Counted from the stretch's first letter, positions 13,347 through 23,065 are shown. The stretch: DNA of 64,000 nt from Kofleriaceae bacterium (GCA_046597055.1 JBKJLC010000113.1:1-64000); one strand, 5' to 3'. The notes: generated from the letters alone by a model not told the origin. A program made the numbers and translations.

Positions 13347-14456
13347 ATGACGCCGGAGCAGCCCGTCCCTCGCTTCTTCCTCGGACTCATGATCGCGGCG
13401 GGCGTGCTGCTGGTTCTGGTGATGAAGCCGATCTTCACCGAGCTGTTCCTCGGGGCGGTGCTCGCCGGCGTGCTGTGGCCGTCGCAGCAGTGGCTCGCGG
13501 CGCGGGTCCGGCGCCGCGGGGTCGCGGCCGGCCTGCTGTGCGCCGCGCTGTTTCTCGCGCTGATCGGGCCGGTCGCGGCCATCGCGACCTTCATCGTCAC
13601 CGACGGCAGCGAGGGCGTGCGGTTCGTGTCGGACGCGGTCCGCAGCGAGGAGGTCGGCAAGCTGGTCGAGTTGCTGCCCGCGTCGTCGCAGCAGCAGGTG
13701 CGCCAGACGATCGCGGAGCTCCCGACCGACCTCGGCGGCCTGGCCGGGGAGCTCGAGGGACGCCAGGGCGAGGCGGCCGCCGCGGTCGGTGCCGCCGTGG
13801 CGGCGACGGGCTCGTTCGCGTTCCACGCGGTCTTGATGTTCATCGCGCTGTTCTTCCTGCTGGTCCACGGCGACCGGTTCGTCGCGTGGCTCGACACGGT
13901 CGCGCCGCTGCCGCGCGGCCACACCCACGAGCTGCTGGCGACGTTCAAGCAGGTGTCGATCGCGGTGATCTTCTCGGCGGTCGTCACCTCGGCCGTCCAG
14001 GCGGCCGCGGCGCTGGGCGGCTACCTGATCGCCGGCGTGCCGAACCCGATGTTCTTCGGCCTGGTCACGTTCTTCGTAGCGTTCATCCCCGCGGTCGGCG
14101 CCGCGTCGGTGTGCCTGGTGGCGGCCGGGCTGCTGCTGGTCACCGGCCACCCGTACATGGCGATCTTCCTCGCCGCGTGGGGCGTCGTGATCGTCGGGCT
14201 GGTCGACAACATCGTGAAGCCGCTGCTCATCCGACGCGGCCTCGAGCTCCACGGCGGCGTGGTGTTCTTCGCGCTGCTCGGCGGCCTCGCGGCCTTTGGC
14301 GCCATCGGCCTCATCATCGGGCCGCTGGTCGTGGCGTTCTTCCTGGCGCTGCTGCGCATCTACCACCGCGAGTACACCCCTGGCGATCAGCGGGTGGCAC
14401 CGGTGCCGGGCCTGCCCGGCGACGCGTCGGCCCAGCCACCGGCGCCTGCGCCTTGA
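13347..14456 (+). CDS. AI-2E family transporter
   Basis: AFIPAVG, GLVDNIVKP, FFALLGGLAAFGAIGLIIGP. Confidence 0.92.
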   Translation: MTPEQPVPRFFLGLMIAAGVLLVLVMKPIFTELFLGAVLAGVLWPSQQWLAARVRRRGVAAGLLCAALFLALIGPVAAIATFIVTDGSEGVRFVSDAVRSEEVGKLVELLPASSQQQVRQTIAELPTDLGGLAGELEGRQGEAAAAVGAAVAATGSFAFHAVLMFIALFFLLVHGDRFVAWLDTVAPLPRGHTHELLATFKQVSIAVIFSAVVTSAVQAAAALGGYLIAGVPNPMFFGLVTFFVAFIPAVGAASVCLVAAGLLLVTGHPYMAIFLAAWGVVIVGLVDNIVKPLLIRRGLELHGGVVFFALLGGLAAFGAIGLIIGPLVVAFFLALLRIYHREYTPGDQRVAPVPGLPGDASAQPPAPAP

Positions 14457-14521
14457 CCCGGGCGGTCCCCGACGGCTGGCAGCCGGGCAGGCGCGTCGTG
14501 CCGGTGTCGGAGGGCGCACGG

Positions 14522-14536
14522 TGGCACGGCGGGTGC
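14522..14536 (+). promoter_or_regulatory. Candidate sigma-54 (-24/-12) promoter
   Basis: TGGCACGGCGGGTGC fits TGGCAC-N7-GC (GG-N10-GC), 36 nt before the ATG at 14573. Confidence 0.45.
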
Positions 14537-14572
14537 GGACGGGCTGACATCGGCGGATGTTATGAACCGGCC

Positions 14573-16399
14573 ATGGAACGGTCACGGCTCGGAACGGTTG
14601 CGGTCCTCGCGCTCGCGCTCGCCAGCTGCGCGCGGGCCGCGGTGGCACCGCCGCAGCGGTCTTCGACCACGGTCACCGAGGGCTGGTGCGTGCCCGGGCA
14701 GCCGTGCTGGCCGGCCGCAGCCGCCTGGCAACGACTCGGTGCCAGCCTGACCGGAACGCTCCAGATCCCACAGTCGCCGCTGGTGCCGTGTCAGCAGGAC
14801 GCGACCAGCGCGGCATGTGCCAGCGCGCTCGCCGGCCTGAAGAATCCGTTTGCGGTCCAGGACCAGGTCGCGGGCACGCAGTCGACGGGCTGGCTCGGCG
14901 CTTGGACCGCGACGCCGAGCGCGTACGCAATCGCCGCGGCCGGCCCCGACGACATCGTCGCGGCGGTGAACTTCGCGCGCGAGCACCGGCTCCGGCTGGT
15001 CATCAAGGGGACCGGCCACGACTACCTCGGTCGCTCCAGTGCGCCCGACTCGCTGCTGGTGTGGACTCACCCGATGCGCCGGGTGACCAGCCACGACGCG
15101 TTCGTCGCCGCCGGCTGCCCGGCGACCCAGCCCGGCGTCCCGGCGGTCACGGTCGAGGCCGGGACCCGGTGGCTCGAGGCCTACCAGGAGGTCACCGTGA
15201 AGCGCGGGCGCTACGTCCAGGGCGGGGGCTGCACCTCGGTGGGCGCCGCCGGTGGGTTCCTCCAGGGTGGCGGTTTCGGCAGCTGGTCCAAGAAGTACGG
15301 GACCGCGGCGGCGAGCATGCTCGAGGCCGAGGTGGTCATTGCCGATGGCCGGCGCCTGGTCGTCAATGCCTGCCAGCACGCGGATCTGTTCTGGGCGCTG
15401 CGCGGCGGCGGCGGCGGCACCTTCGGGGTCGTCACCCGCGTGACCCTCATGACGCACGAGCTGCCCTCGCACTTCGGCCTCGTCTTCGGCAGCATCACGG
15501 CCACCAGCGACGCCGCCTTCCAGGAGCTGATCGCGCAGTTCCTCGGGTTCTATCGCGAGCACCTGAGCGACGAGCACTGGGGTGAGCAGGTGCGGTTCCA
15601 GGGCGACAACTCGATCCAGCTGTCGCTCGCGTTCCAGGGCATGAGCGCGCGGGAGGCCGAGGCGGTCTGGCGTCCGCTCAGGACCTGGGTCGAGGCCCGG
15701 GCCGATCGCTTCACGATGCAGACCGCTGTCTTCGACATGCCGGGCACGAAGATGTGGAACCTCGACTATTTGAAGGAGAACTTCGCCGCCGGCGTGCGGG
15801 TGGATCCCCGGCCGGAGCAGCCGACCCAGCGGTTCTGGTGGACGGGCGACGAGGACCAGGTCTCGACCTACTGGTACGCGTACCACTCGCGCTGGATCCC
15901 GCTCGAGCGGTTCGAGGGCACCGCCGCGGCCGTCTTCGCGACCGCGCTGTTCGAGGCGTCGCGCCGCTGGCCGGTCGCGCTCCACTTCAACAAGGGGCAG
16001 GCCGGGGCCTCGGCCGACGCGATCGCGCGCGGCCGCCAGACCTCGGTGAACCCGGCGGTCTACCGCGCGGCCGCGCTCGCGATCATGGCGACCGGCGAGG
16101 ACCATCTGCCCGGCGTGGCCGGGCGCGAGCCGGATCTCGTCGAGGGCGCCGCCGCCAAGGCCAAGGTCGATGCGGCGGCGCAGATCATCCGCGCCGCGAC
16201 CCCCGAGGCCGGGACCTACGTCAACGAGGCCGACTACTTCGAGCCGGACTGGCAGCGCACGTTCTGGGGCGAGCACTACCCGCGGCTGCTGACGATCAAG
16301 CGCGCGTACGATCCCGACGGGCGGTTCCACTGTCATCACTGCGTGGGAAGCGAGCGGGATCGCGGACCTGACCGGTCCACACCGCCAGGCCGACCTTGA
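14573..16399 (+). CDS. FAD-binding oxidoreductase, berberine-bridge-enzyme-like, predicted lipoprotein
   Basis: Lipobox LASC; KGTGHDYLGRS (covalent-FAD His), GGGCTSVG, DLFWALRGGGG, YVNE...YPRL..IKRAYDP. Confidence 0.92.
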   Translation: MERSRLGTVAVLALALASCARAAVAPPQRSSTTVTEGWCVPGQPCWPAAAAWQRLGASLTGTLQIPQSPLVPCQQDATSAACASALAGLKNPFAVQDQVAGTQSTGWLGAWTATPSAYAIAAAGPDDIVAAVNFAREHRLRLVIKGTGHDYLGRSSAPDSLLVWTHPMRRVTSHDAFVAAGCPATQPGVPAVTVEAGTRWLEAYQEVTVKRGRYVQGGGCTSVGAAGGFLQGGGFGSWSKKYGTAAASMLEAEVVIADGRRLVVNACQHADLFWALRGGGGGTFGVVTRVTLMTHELPSHFGLVFGSITATSDAAFQELIAQFLGFYREHLSDEHWGEQVRFQGDNSIQLSLAFQGMSAREAEAVWRPLRTWVEARADRFTMQTAVFDMPGTKMWNLDYLKENFAAGVRVDPRPEQPTQRFWWTGDEDQVSTYWYAYHSRWIPLERFEGTAAAVFATALFEASRRWPVALHFNKGQAGASADAIARGRQTSVNPAVYRAAALAIMATGEDHLPGVAGREPDLVEGAAAKAKVDAAAQIIRAATPEAGTYVNEADYFEPDWQRTFWGEHYPRLLTIKRAYDPDGRFHCHHCVGSERDRGPDRSTPPGRP

Positions 16400-17618
16400 G
16401 CGCGACCGTCAGCACCAGCAGGCCGAGCGCCCAGATGCCCGCGGTGATCTTCCACTCGGTCAGGGTCGGCGTGTACTCGACCAGCTCGTGCAGGGTCGAC
16501 GGCACGAAGCCCGGCACGATCAGGCCCATGCCCTTCTCGAGGTAGACCCCGACGAACGCGCAGCCGCACGCGGCCAGGAGCACCCGCTTGCTGGTCCGCG
16601 CCTGCGGCAGGTACAGCAGCAGCGCCGACGTGAGGTTCAGCGCCACCGCGGTCCAGATGTACGGCACCAGCGCGTGCTTGCCGTGGCTGCCGAAGAACAG
16701 GTACTCGACCGACGCCGCGTGGGCGCCACCGCTGTAGAGCGCGGTGAACAGCTCGGAGCCGAGCATGAACAGGTTGACCGGCACGGTCACTCGCATGATC
16801 CGCGACAGGGTCCGGATCGGCCCGTCGCCAAAGGTCAGCCGGCCGCTCCAGCGCACGACCTCGAGCAAGATGATCACGAACGCGGGCCCGCTGATGAACG
16901 CGGTGGCGAGGAAGCGCGGCGCCAGCAGCGCGGAGTTCCAGAACGGCCGGCCGCCCAGCCCCTGGTAGAGGAACGCGGTCACCGTGTGGATCGAGATCGC
17001 CCAGAAGATCGAGAGGAACACGAAGGGCAGGTACCAGCGGCGGCGCGGCGTGCGGCCCAGGTAGCGCTGGTAGATCAGGTAGCCGGCGATGTGCAGGTTG
17101 AGCAGCAGGTAGCCGTTCAGCACCAGCACGTCCCAGGTCAGCATCGACACCGGCCAGTGGAACCGGCCGATGCCGGGGATGATGTGCCACATCCGATCGG
17201 GCCGGCCCATGTCGACCACGATGAAGCCCAGGCACACCACGATCGCCGCGATCGCCAGCAGCTCGCCGATGATCACGACGTCGTGCATGTCGTGGTCGTC
17301 GTAGAGGTAGGCCGGGATGACCATCATCACGGCGCCGGCGGCGAGCCCGACCCCGAACGTGAAGTTGGCGATGTACAGGCCCCACGACACGTGGTCGGAC
17401 AGGGCGGTCACCTGCATGCCGTGGAGCAGCTGGTGGCCCCAGCCGTTGAGGCCGACCAGGGCGATCGCGGTCAGGAGCGTCATCCACGCGTAGAAGCGCC
17501 ACGATCCGGAGAACGCGAGCACGACCACCCGGGCGAGGAACCGCAGGTAGGTCAGCGGGGCCGGCGCGCGGGGCGCGGGCGTGACCGGGAGCTGGACGAG
17601 CCGGGCAGGGTCGCTCAT
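16296..17618 (-). CDS. NrfD/PsrC-family membrane subunit (DsrP/HmcC-like, about 10 TM)
   Basis: WGLYIANFTFGVGLAAG, DMGRPDR, HTVTAF, RPFWN, EKG motifs. Confidence 0.9.
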   Translation of the reverse strand: MSDPARLVQLPVTPAPRAPAPLTYLRFLARVVVLAFSGSWRFYAWMTLLTAIALVGLNGWGHQLLHGMQVTALSDHVSWGLYIANFTFGVGLAAGAVMMVIPAYLYDDHDMHDVVIIGELLAIAAIVVCLGFIVVDMGRPDRMWHIIPGIGRFHWPVSMLTWDVLVLNGYLLLNLHIAGYLIYQRYLGRTPRRRWYLPFVFLSIFWAISIHTVTAFLYQGLGGRPFWNSALLAPRFLATAFISGPAFVIILLEVVRWSGRLTFGDGPIRTLSRIMRVTVPVNLFMLGSELFTALYSGGAHAASVEYLFFGSHGKHALVPYIWTAVALNLTSALLLYLPQARTSKRVLLAACGCAFVGVYLEKGMGLIVPGFVPSTLHELVEYTPTLTEWKITAGIWALGLLVLTVALKVGLAVWTGQVRDPARFPRSDDSGTARRDRTRA

Positions 17619-17624
17619 GGGGGA

Positions 17625-18527
17625 TCACTCGTCGAAGAAGTAGAAGAAGCGGGGGCGGGTGCCGAGCTCTTCCTTGAGGACGTAGACCCGCTTGTGCTCG
17701 AGGACCCAGCGGATCTCGCTGGCCGGGTCGAGCAGGTTGCCGAACACGCGCGCGCCGGTCGGACACGCCTCCAGGCACGCGGGCAGGAGGCCCTTGCGGG
17801 TGCGGTGCAGACAAAAGGTGCACTTCTCGACCACGCCCTGCGGGCGGATGCGGTTCGACAGGTAGCCCTGCTGCGGGTTGATCTCCTCGGGTGGGATCAC
17901 CGGGGGCTTCCAGTTGAAGCGGCGCGCGTGATACGGGCAGGCCGCCTCGCAGTAGCGACAGCCGATGCACCAGTCGTAGTCGACGACGACGATGCCGTCC
18001 TGCTCCTTCCAGGTCGCCTCGACCGGGCACACCGTCACGCACGGCGCGTCGTCACACTGGTGACACTGCACCGGCATGTAGAACTTGCCGGGGGCCGGGA
18101 CCGCGTGGTCGTACTCGACCTGACCCTTCTCCATGTCGAACGAGCCCTGCTCCATCTCGAGCACGCGGATGTACGAGTTGTTGGTCGCGCGATCGTGGTT
18201 GTTCTCCTGGTGGCACGCCTCCGCGCACTTCCGGCACCCGATGCAGGCACTGAGGTTCAGTGCGTAGCCGAACGACACCCCCGCTTGCGCTGGGATGTCC
18301 TCGACCTGGACCTCGACCCCGTACGTTTCTTTCGTTTCGGCCTCGATCCGCCGCAAGATCTGCGCGAGCTCCTCGGCCGACAGCTCCTTGTAGTGCTTGC
18401 GGAGGACCTCGTCGAGGGAGAGCCCGGCGGCCCACTGCGCGACCGGGGCCCCGGCGTAGGCGAACGCCCCGCCGCCGAGGGTGGCACCGACGACCTTGAG
18501 CGCGACGCGACGAGTTGGACTGGTCAT
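17625..18527 (-). CDS. NrfC/DsrO-like 4x[4Fe-4S] ferredoxin subunit
   Basis: CIGCRKCAEAC, CHQCDDAPCVTVCP, CIGCRYCEAACPY, EKCTFC...PACLEACP; N-terminal TRR (Tat-like); TGATG coupling with the upstream gene. Confidence 0.92.
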   Translation of the reverse strand: MTSPTRRVALKVVGATLGGGAFAYAGAPVAQWAAGLSLDEVLRKHYKELSAEELAQILRRIEAETKETYGVEVQVEDIPAQAGVSFGYALNLSACIGCRKCAEACHQENNHDRATNNSYIRVLEMEQGSFDMEKGQVEYDHAVPAPGKFYMPVQCHQCDDAPCVTVCPVEATWKEQDGIVVVDYDWCIGCRYCEAACPYHARRFNWKPPVIPPEEINPQQGYLSNRIRPQGVVEKCTFCLHRTRKGLLPACLEACPTGARVFGNLLDPASEIRWVLEHKRVYVLKEELGTRPRFFYFFDE

Positions 18528-19117
18528 CAGTGGGATCCAATGGGCTTGCGAAGGGTGAGCCCGCGATCGCGGGGTGCCAGCACGGGCCAGGTCGGCTGGA
18601 ACCTGGGCGTGTGCGGATCGTGGCAGTCGACGCAGTGATTGCGCGTTCGGCCACCGACCGAGAGGTCCCAGTGGCCGGTCATCCCACCGTGTGAGCCCCG
18701 GTCGTAGTCGCGTGCCTGCGGCCCATGGCACTGCCGACACAAGACGATCGCGTCGCGCAGGGCGACCGCGGTGCCGTCGGCGCGGTGCAGGCTGCGCGGG
18801 TCCCCGGCGACGTGGCACGAGCCGCAGCTCAGCGCGCCGTGGGCGAACTGCAGGCCCTGGTGGAACTGATCCAGCTCGGCCGTGCTCGTCGGCAGCGGGG
18901 TCGCGGCGCGCAGGGAGTGGCAGGTGACGCACGCGATCCGCAGCGGTCGGCCCAGGGCGTCGACGTCGCCGGTCGCGAGGCTGGTGAGGCGCGGCGGCTG
19001 GTGGATCTCGACCGCACCGGTCGCCACGCCCGGCGGCGGACGGAGCGGGTGGGGCTGATCTTGCCCGCAGCTGGCGAGCAGGACGGCCGCGATCGCGGCG
19101 ACACGAGGCGAATGCAC
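18527..19117 (-). CDS. Tetraheme c-type cytochrome, predicted lipoprotein
   Basis: CVTCH, CGSCH, CRQCH, CVDCH; lipobox LLASC; GTG start inferred. Confidence 0.88.
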   Translation of the reverse strand: MHSPRVAAIAAVLLASCGQDQPHPLRPPPGVATGAVEIHQPPRLTSLATGDVDALGRPLRIACVTCHSLRAATPLPTSTAELDQFHQGLQFAHGALSCGSCHVAGDPRSLHRADGTAVALRDAIVLCRQCHGPQARDYDRGSHGGMTGHWDLSVGGRTRNHCVDCHDPHTPRFQPTWPVLAPRDRGLTLRKPIGSH

Positions 19118-19129
19118 GCCGCGACCCTC

Positions 19130-19179
19130 TGCACCTCCTGCGCCATGGCGTCGGGCGGCGATCGGGCCTGCGTCTTGCT
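19130..19179. promoter_or_regulatory. Candidate back-to-back sigma-54 promoters in the divergent spacer
   Basis: Minus strand TGGCGCAGGAGGTGCA (19145-19130); plus strand GGCCTGCGTCTTGCT (19165-19179); both GG-N10-GC, 14-15 nt before their start codons. Confidence 0.45.
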
Positions 19180-19192
19180 TCAGCGACCCGCC

Positions 19193-19432
19193 ATGGTCGT
19201 CAGTGCCCTCGTGCTCACGTTGACGTCGGAGCCCGCGCAGCGCGCGCGGACCCTGGCCCACCTCGCCGCCGATCCGCGGCTCCTCCTGGGCGAGGCGGTC
19301 CGCGACCGGCTCCCGGTGGTGGCGGAGGCCCCGACCGCGGCCGACGGCGCCGCGATGTTCGAGGCGCTCGGCACCACCGAGGGGGTCGTGACCATCGACG
19401 TGGTCGCGATCGACTTCGCGGAGGAAGCGTGA
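19193..19432 (+). CDS. napD: NapD-like chaperone
   Basis: 79 aa, MVVSALVL...LPVVAE...GVVTIDVV ferredoxin-like pattern; TGATG overlap with napA. Confidence 0.75.
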   Translation: MVVSALVLTLTSEPAQRARTLAHLAADPRLLLGEAVRDRLPVVAEAPTAADGAAMFEALGTTEGVVTIDVVAIDFAEEA

Positions 19433-21819
19433 TGGATCGCCGCGACTTCCTCCGGACCACCGCGATGGCGGCCGCGACCGCGGCCGCCGCCCGCCTGGCG
19501 TTCCACGACGACGCCGCGGCCCAGCCGCGCACCGACGGCGGGGTGACCTGGGACAAGGCGCCGTGCCGGTTCTGCGGGACCGGCTGTCACGTCCAGGTCG
19601 GGGTCAAGGGCGGCAAGGTGGTCGCGATCGCCGGCGACCAGAAGGCCGAGGTCAACAAGGGTCTGCTGTGCGTGAAGGGCTATCACGTCGGCCTCGCGCT
19701 CTACGGCAGCGACCGCCTGACCCAGCCGCTGCTGCGCAAGAACGGCAAGCTCGAGCCGATCACGTGGGAGCAGGCGCTCGACGTGGTCGCCGATCGGATC
19801 ATGGCCAACCCGGCCGGCTTCGCGATCTATGGCAGCGGTCAGTGGACGATCCCCGAGGGCTACGCGGCGCAGAAGCTGATCAAGGCCGGCATCGGCAACA
19901 ACCAGATCGATCCCAACGCGCGCCTGTGCATGGCGTCGGCGGTGACCGGGTTCCTGTCGACCTACGGCGTCGACGAGCCGGCCGGCTGCTACGACGACCT
20001 GGATCGCTGCGACGTCCTCCTGATGTGGGGCAACAACCCGGCGGAGATGCACCCGGTGCTGTTCTCGCGGGTGATCGACCGGCGCGCCCGCGGGGAGAAG
20101 GTGGTGCTGATCGATCTGACCACGCGGCGCACCCGGACCAGCGGGTTCTGCGATCGCACGATGATGTTCAAGCCCAACAGCGATCTCGCGATCGCCAATG
20201 GCATCGCGCACCTGTTGCTGGAGCGCGGCACCTGGGATCGGGACTTCGTCGCGAAGTACTGCAACTTCCGCCAGCGCACCGATCCGCCCACGCTCGACGG
20301 CACCGCGATGACCTTCGACCAGTACCGGCAGGCGCTGGCCGAGTACACGCCGGCCCGGGTCGAGGCGCTGTCGGGGGTGTCCGCGGTCGACCTGGGGTAT
20401 CTCGCCGACCTGTTCGGCGACCGCACCCTGCGCATCACCAGCCTGTGGTGCATGGGGATGAACCAGCACACCCGCGGGACCGCCATCAACGACCTGGTCC
20501 ACGGCGTCCACCTGCTGTCCGGCCACTTCGGCAAGCCCGGCGATGCGCCGACCAGCCTGACCGGGCAGCCGTCCGCGTGCGGCACCGTGCGCGAGGTCGG
20601 CACGCTGGCCCATGGCCTGCCCGGCGGGCTGGTGGTCACCAAGGACGAGCACCGCAAGGAGGCCGAGGCGATCTGGAACCTGCCGGCCGGCCGGATCGCG
20701 GCCAAGCCCGGCTACCACACGGTCGAGATGTGGAAGCGCTTCTCGACGCCGAAGGACCAGGGAGGCGACATCGACACCATCTGGGTCCAGGTCACCAATC
20801 CGGCCCGCAGCCTGCCCAACATCTCCGCGCTGTTCGAGCCGAGCCGCAAGATCCCCGGCAAGTTCCTGATCGTCTCCGACGTCTACCCGACCGCGACCGC
20901 GATGGCGGCCGACCTGGTGCTGCCCAGCGCGATGTGGGTCGAGAAGAACGGCATGGTCGGCAACTCGGAGCGCCGCACCCAGCAGTGGTTCAAGATGGTG
21001 GCGCCGCCCGGCCAGGCCCGCGACGACTGCTGGCAGACGATCGCGGTGGCGCGTCGCCTCCACGACCGCGGTCACCCCGGGATGAAGGACCAGGACGGCA
21101 AGTTCCTGTTTCATGTCGTCGACGGCAAGGGCCAGCCGGTGCCGGTGTGGGACTGGCGGCGCTACTACGACGTCAACGTCGACCAGCAGCTGTTCGACGA
21201 GTACCGCAAGTTCTCGCGGTTCAAGCACAAGGACCTCGCGCCGTACAGCGAGTACGTGAAGGCGCGCGGCCTGCGCTGGCCGGTCGTGCAGCAGCCCGAC
21301 GGCAGCTGGCGCGAGACCAGGTTCCGGTTCGCGAAGTTCGACGACCCGTACGCGACCAAGGCCGACATCCAGTTCTATCACTCGGTCACCAAGGACGATC
21401 GCGCGCTGATCTGGTTCCACCCGTGGGAGCCCGCGCCCGAGGCGCCCGATCGCGACTACCCGCTGTGGCTGTGCACCGGGCGCGTGCTCGAGCACTGGCA
21501 CACCGGCACGATGACGATGCGGGTGCCGCAGCTGCAGCGCGCGATGCCGCAGGCGTACTGCGAGATGAACCGGGACGATGCGCGCCGGCTCGGCATCGCC
21601 GACGGCGAGGTGGTGGTGCTCGAGAGCCGCCGCGGCAAGCTCGAGCTGCCGGTCTGGCTCGAGGGCCGCGGGCAGCCGCCGGTCGGGACCGTGTTCGTGC
21701 CGTTCTTCGACGAGTCGCTCGCGATCAACCTGGTGACCCTCGAGGCCTACGATCCGCTGTCGAAGCAGCCCGACTACAAGAAGTGTGCGGTGCGGGTGCG
21801 TCGGCGAGGCGCGGCATGA
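19432..21819 (+). CDS. napA: Periplasmic nitrate reductase catalytic subunit
   Basis: Tat signal DRRDFLR; CRFCGTGC...CVKG; GSGQWT, NARLCMASA, GQPSACGT, GRVLEHWH, PDYKKCAV. Confidence 0.97.
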   Translation: MDRRDFLRTTAMAAATAAAARLAFHDDAAAQPRTDGGVTWDKAPCRFCGTGCHVQVGVKGGKVVAIAGDQKAEVNKGLLCVKGYHVGLALYGSDRLTQPLLRKNGKLEPITWEQALDVVADRIMANPAGFAIYGSGQWTIPEGYAAQKLIKAGIGNNQIDPNARLCMASAVTGFLSTYGVDEPAGCYDDLDRCDVLLMWGNNPAEMHPVLFSRVIDRRARGEKVVLIDLTTRRTRTSGFCDRTMMFKPNSDLAIANGIAHLLLERGTWDRDFVAKYCNFRQRTDPPTLDGTAMTFDQYRQALAEYTPARVEALSGVSAVDLGYLADLFGDRTLRITSLWCMGMNQHTRGTAINDLVHGVHLLSGHFGKPGDAPTSLTGQPSACGTVREVGTLAHGLPGGLVVTKDEHRKEAEAIWNLPAGRIAAKPGYHTVEMWKRFSTPKDQGGDIDTIWVQVTNPARSLPNISALFEPSRKIPGKFLIVSDVYPTATAMAADLVLPSAMWVEKNGMVGNSERRTQQWFKMVAPPGQARDDCWQTIAVARRLHDRGHPGMKDQDGKFLFHVVDGKGQPVPVWDWRRYYDVNVDQQLFDEYRKFSRFKHKDLAPYSEYVKARGLRWPVVQQPDGSWRETRFRFAKFDDPYATKADIQFYHSVTKDDRALIWFHPWEPAPEAPDRDYPLWLCTGRVLEHWHTGTMTMRVPQLQRAMPQAYCEMNRDDARRLGIADGEVVVLESRRGKLELPVWLEGRGQPPVGTVFVPFFDESLAINLVTLEAYDPLSKQPDYKKCAVRVRRRGAA

Positions 21820-22568
21820 AGAAGGCGCGCCGCGGGCTCGAGGTCGGCGTGGTGGTCGTCGCCGCGATCGCGGTGGTCGGCCTGGTCTCCGGCGTCGAGA
21901 ACTCCAGCCGCGAGGTGGCGTCGCACGTGCGCCAGCCCGCGGGGCCACCGGTGGTCGCGGTCGACGCGCGGTCGTACCTCGACATGCGCGCGCGGGCGCA
22001 CGGCCCCAATGCCGGGTTGCCCGCGACCTGGTGGACCCGCCTGCGCGGCGCCCGCCCCGATCTGTTCGCCACGATCACGCAGACGGCGGAGGATCGCGAG
22101 GCGGCGCTGGCGCGGCGGGCCAGCCGGCGCGCGTACGACGGCGCGCCGCCGGGGATCCCCCACGCGATCGATCAGCTCGGCGTGCCGGCTTGCCTGGCCT
22201 GCCATGGCGAGGGTCTCGTGATCGCCGAGCTGACCGCGCCGGTGATGAGCCATCCCCGCCGCGACAGCTGCGTGCAGTGCCACGTCGTGATCGGGGATCC
22301 TCGCCCGGGCGCGACCACGCCACCGCTGCCGCCGTCGACGTTCGTCGGGCTGGCGGCACCCCGCGGCGGCGAGCGTGCGTGGGTGGGCGCGCCGCCGACG
22401 ATCCCGCACGGGACCTGGATGCGCGAGCGGTGCGAGAGCTGCCACGGCGCGCTCGGCGCGCTCGGCATGCGCACCAGCCATCCGTGGCGGGCGGCGTGCA
22501 CCCAGTGCCATGCGCCGTCGGCGGTCCTCGACCAGCGGGCGCCGGCCTGGCTGGGAGGCGCGCGATGA
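21816..22568 (+). CDS. napB: NapB-like cytochrome c with internal duplication (4 CxxCH)
   Basis: RAYDGAPPGIPH..CLACH..CVQCH followed by RAWVGAPPTIPH..CESCH..CTQCH; N-terminal hydrophobic anchor; ATGA overlap with napA. Confidence 0.85.
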   Translation: MKKARRGLEVGVVVVAAIAVVGLVSGVENSSREVASHVRQPAGPPVVAVDARSYLDMRARAHGPNAGLPATWWTRLRGARPDLFATITQTAEDREAALARRASRRAYDGAPPGIPHAIDQLGVPACLACHGEGLVIAELTAPVMSHPRRDSCVQCHVVIGDPRPGATTPPLPPSTFVGLAAPRGGERAWVGAPPTIPHGTWMRERCESCHGALGALGMRTSHPWRAACTQCHAPSAVLDQRAPAWLGGAR

Positions 22569-23065
22569 GCCTCTCCCGGCGCGAGCTGTTCGGGTTCCGG
22601 CGTCCGCGGACCGAGGCGCCCGCCGACGCGGTCCCGGCCGCGTCGCCGCCCGAGCCGGCCGCGCCCGCGCCGAGCTACTCGCTCGACGGCTTCTATCGCG
22701 ATCGGAGCCCGCCGCGCGCGCTGCCGGTGTTCGCGGTCCGGACCAGCGCGGCGGTCGCGACCACCCGGGTCGGGGCTGGGTCGTCGTCACGCCCGGAGGC
22801 CGCGGCCGCGACCGGCGCGCCCATGACGGTGCCGGCCGGGATGGTGCCGTCGGTGCTGACCGAGGCGTGCCTGGCGACCCGCTCGTTCTGCTCGGTGTGC
22901 TTCGAGCGCTGTCCGCGGCCGGGCGCGTTGCTCATCGAGCGCGGCCGTCCACGGGTGGTGGCCGAGGCATGCGACGGCTGTGGCCGGTGCATCGCGGTGT
23001 GTCCCGCGCCGGTGCTCGCGTTCGCCCTGGTCGCGCGCGGCCCCATGACCGCGGGGGGCTCATGA
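22565..23065 (+). CDS. NapF/NapG-like ferredoxin (2x[4Fe-4S])
   Basis: SRRELFG N-terminus; CLATRSFCSVCFERCP and CDGCGRCIAVCP. Confidence 0.8.
   Translation: MSLSRRELFGFRRPRTEAPADAVPAASPPEPAAPAPSYSLDGFYRDRSPPRALPVFAVRTSAAVATTRVGAGSSSRPEAAAATGAPMTVPAGMVPSVLTEACLATRSFCSVCFERCPRPGALLIERGRPRVVAEACDGCGRCIAVCPAPVLAFALVARGPMTAGGS

Noticed and set aside
12386..16399. 1337-aa ORF as a single protein
   Set aside because: The first ~730 codons are an off-frame shadow of the thioesterase and AI-2E genes; the real gene starts at 14573.
19563..22568. 1001-aa ORF overlapping napA
   Set aside because: Alternate-frame Arg/Pro-rich shadow; only 21816-22568 (napB-like) is credible.
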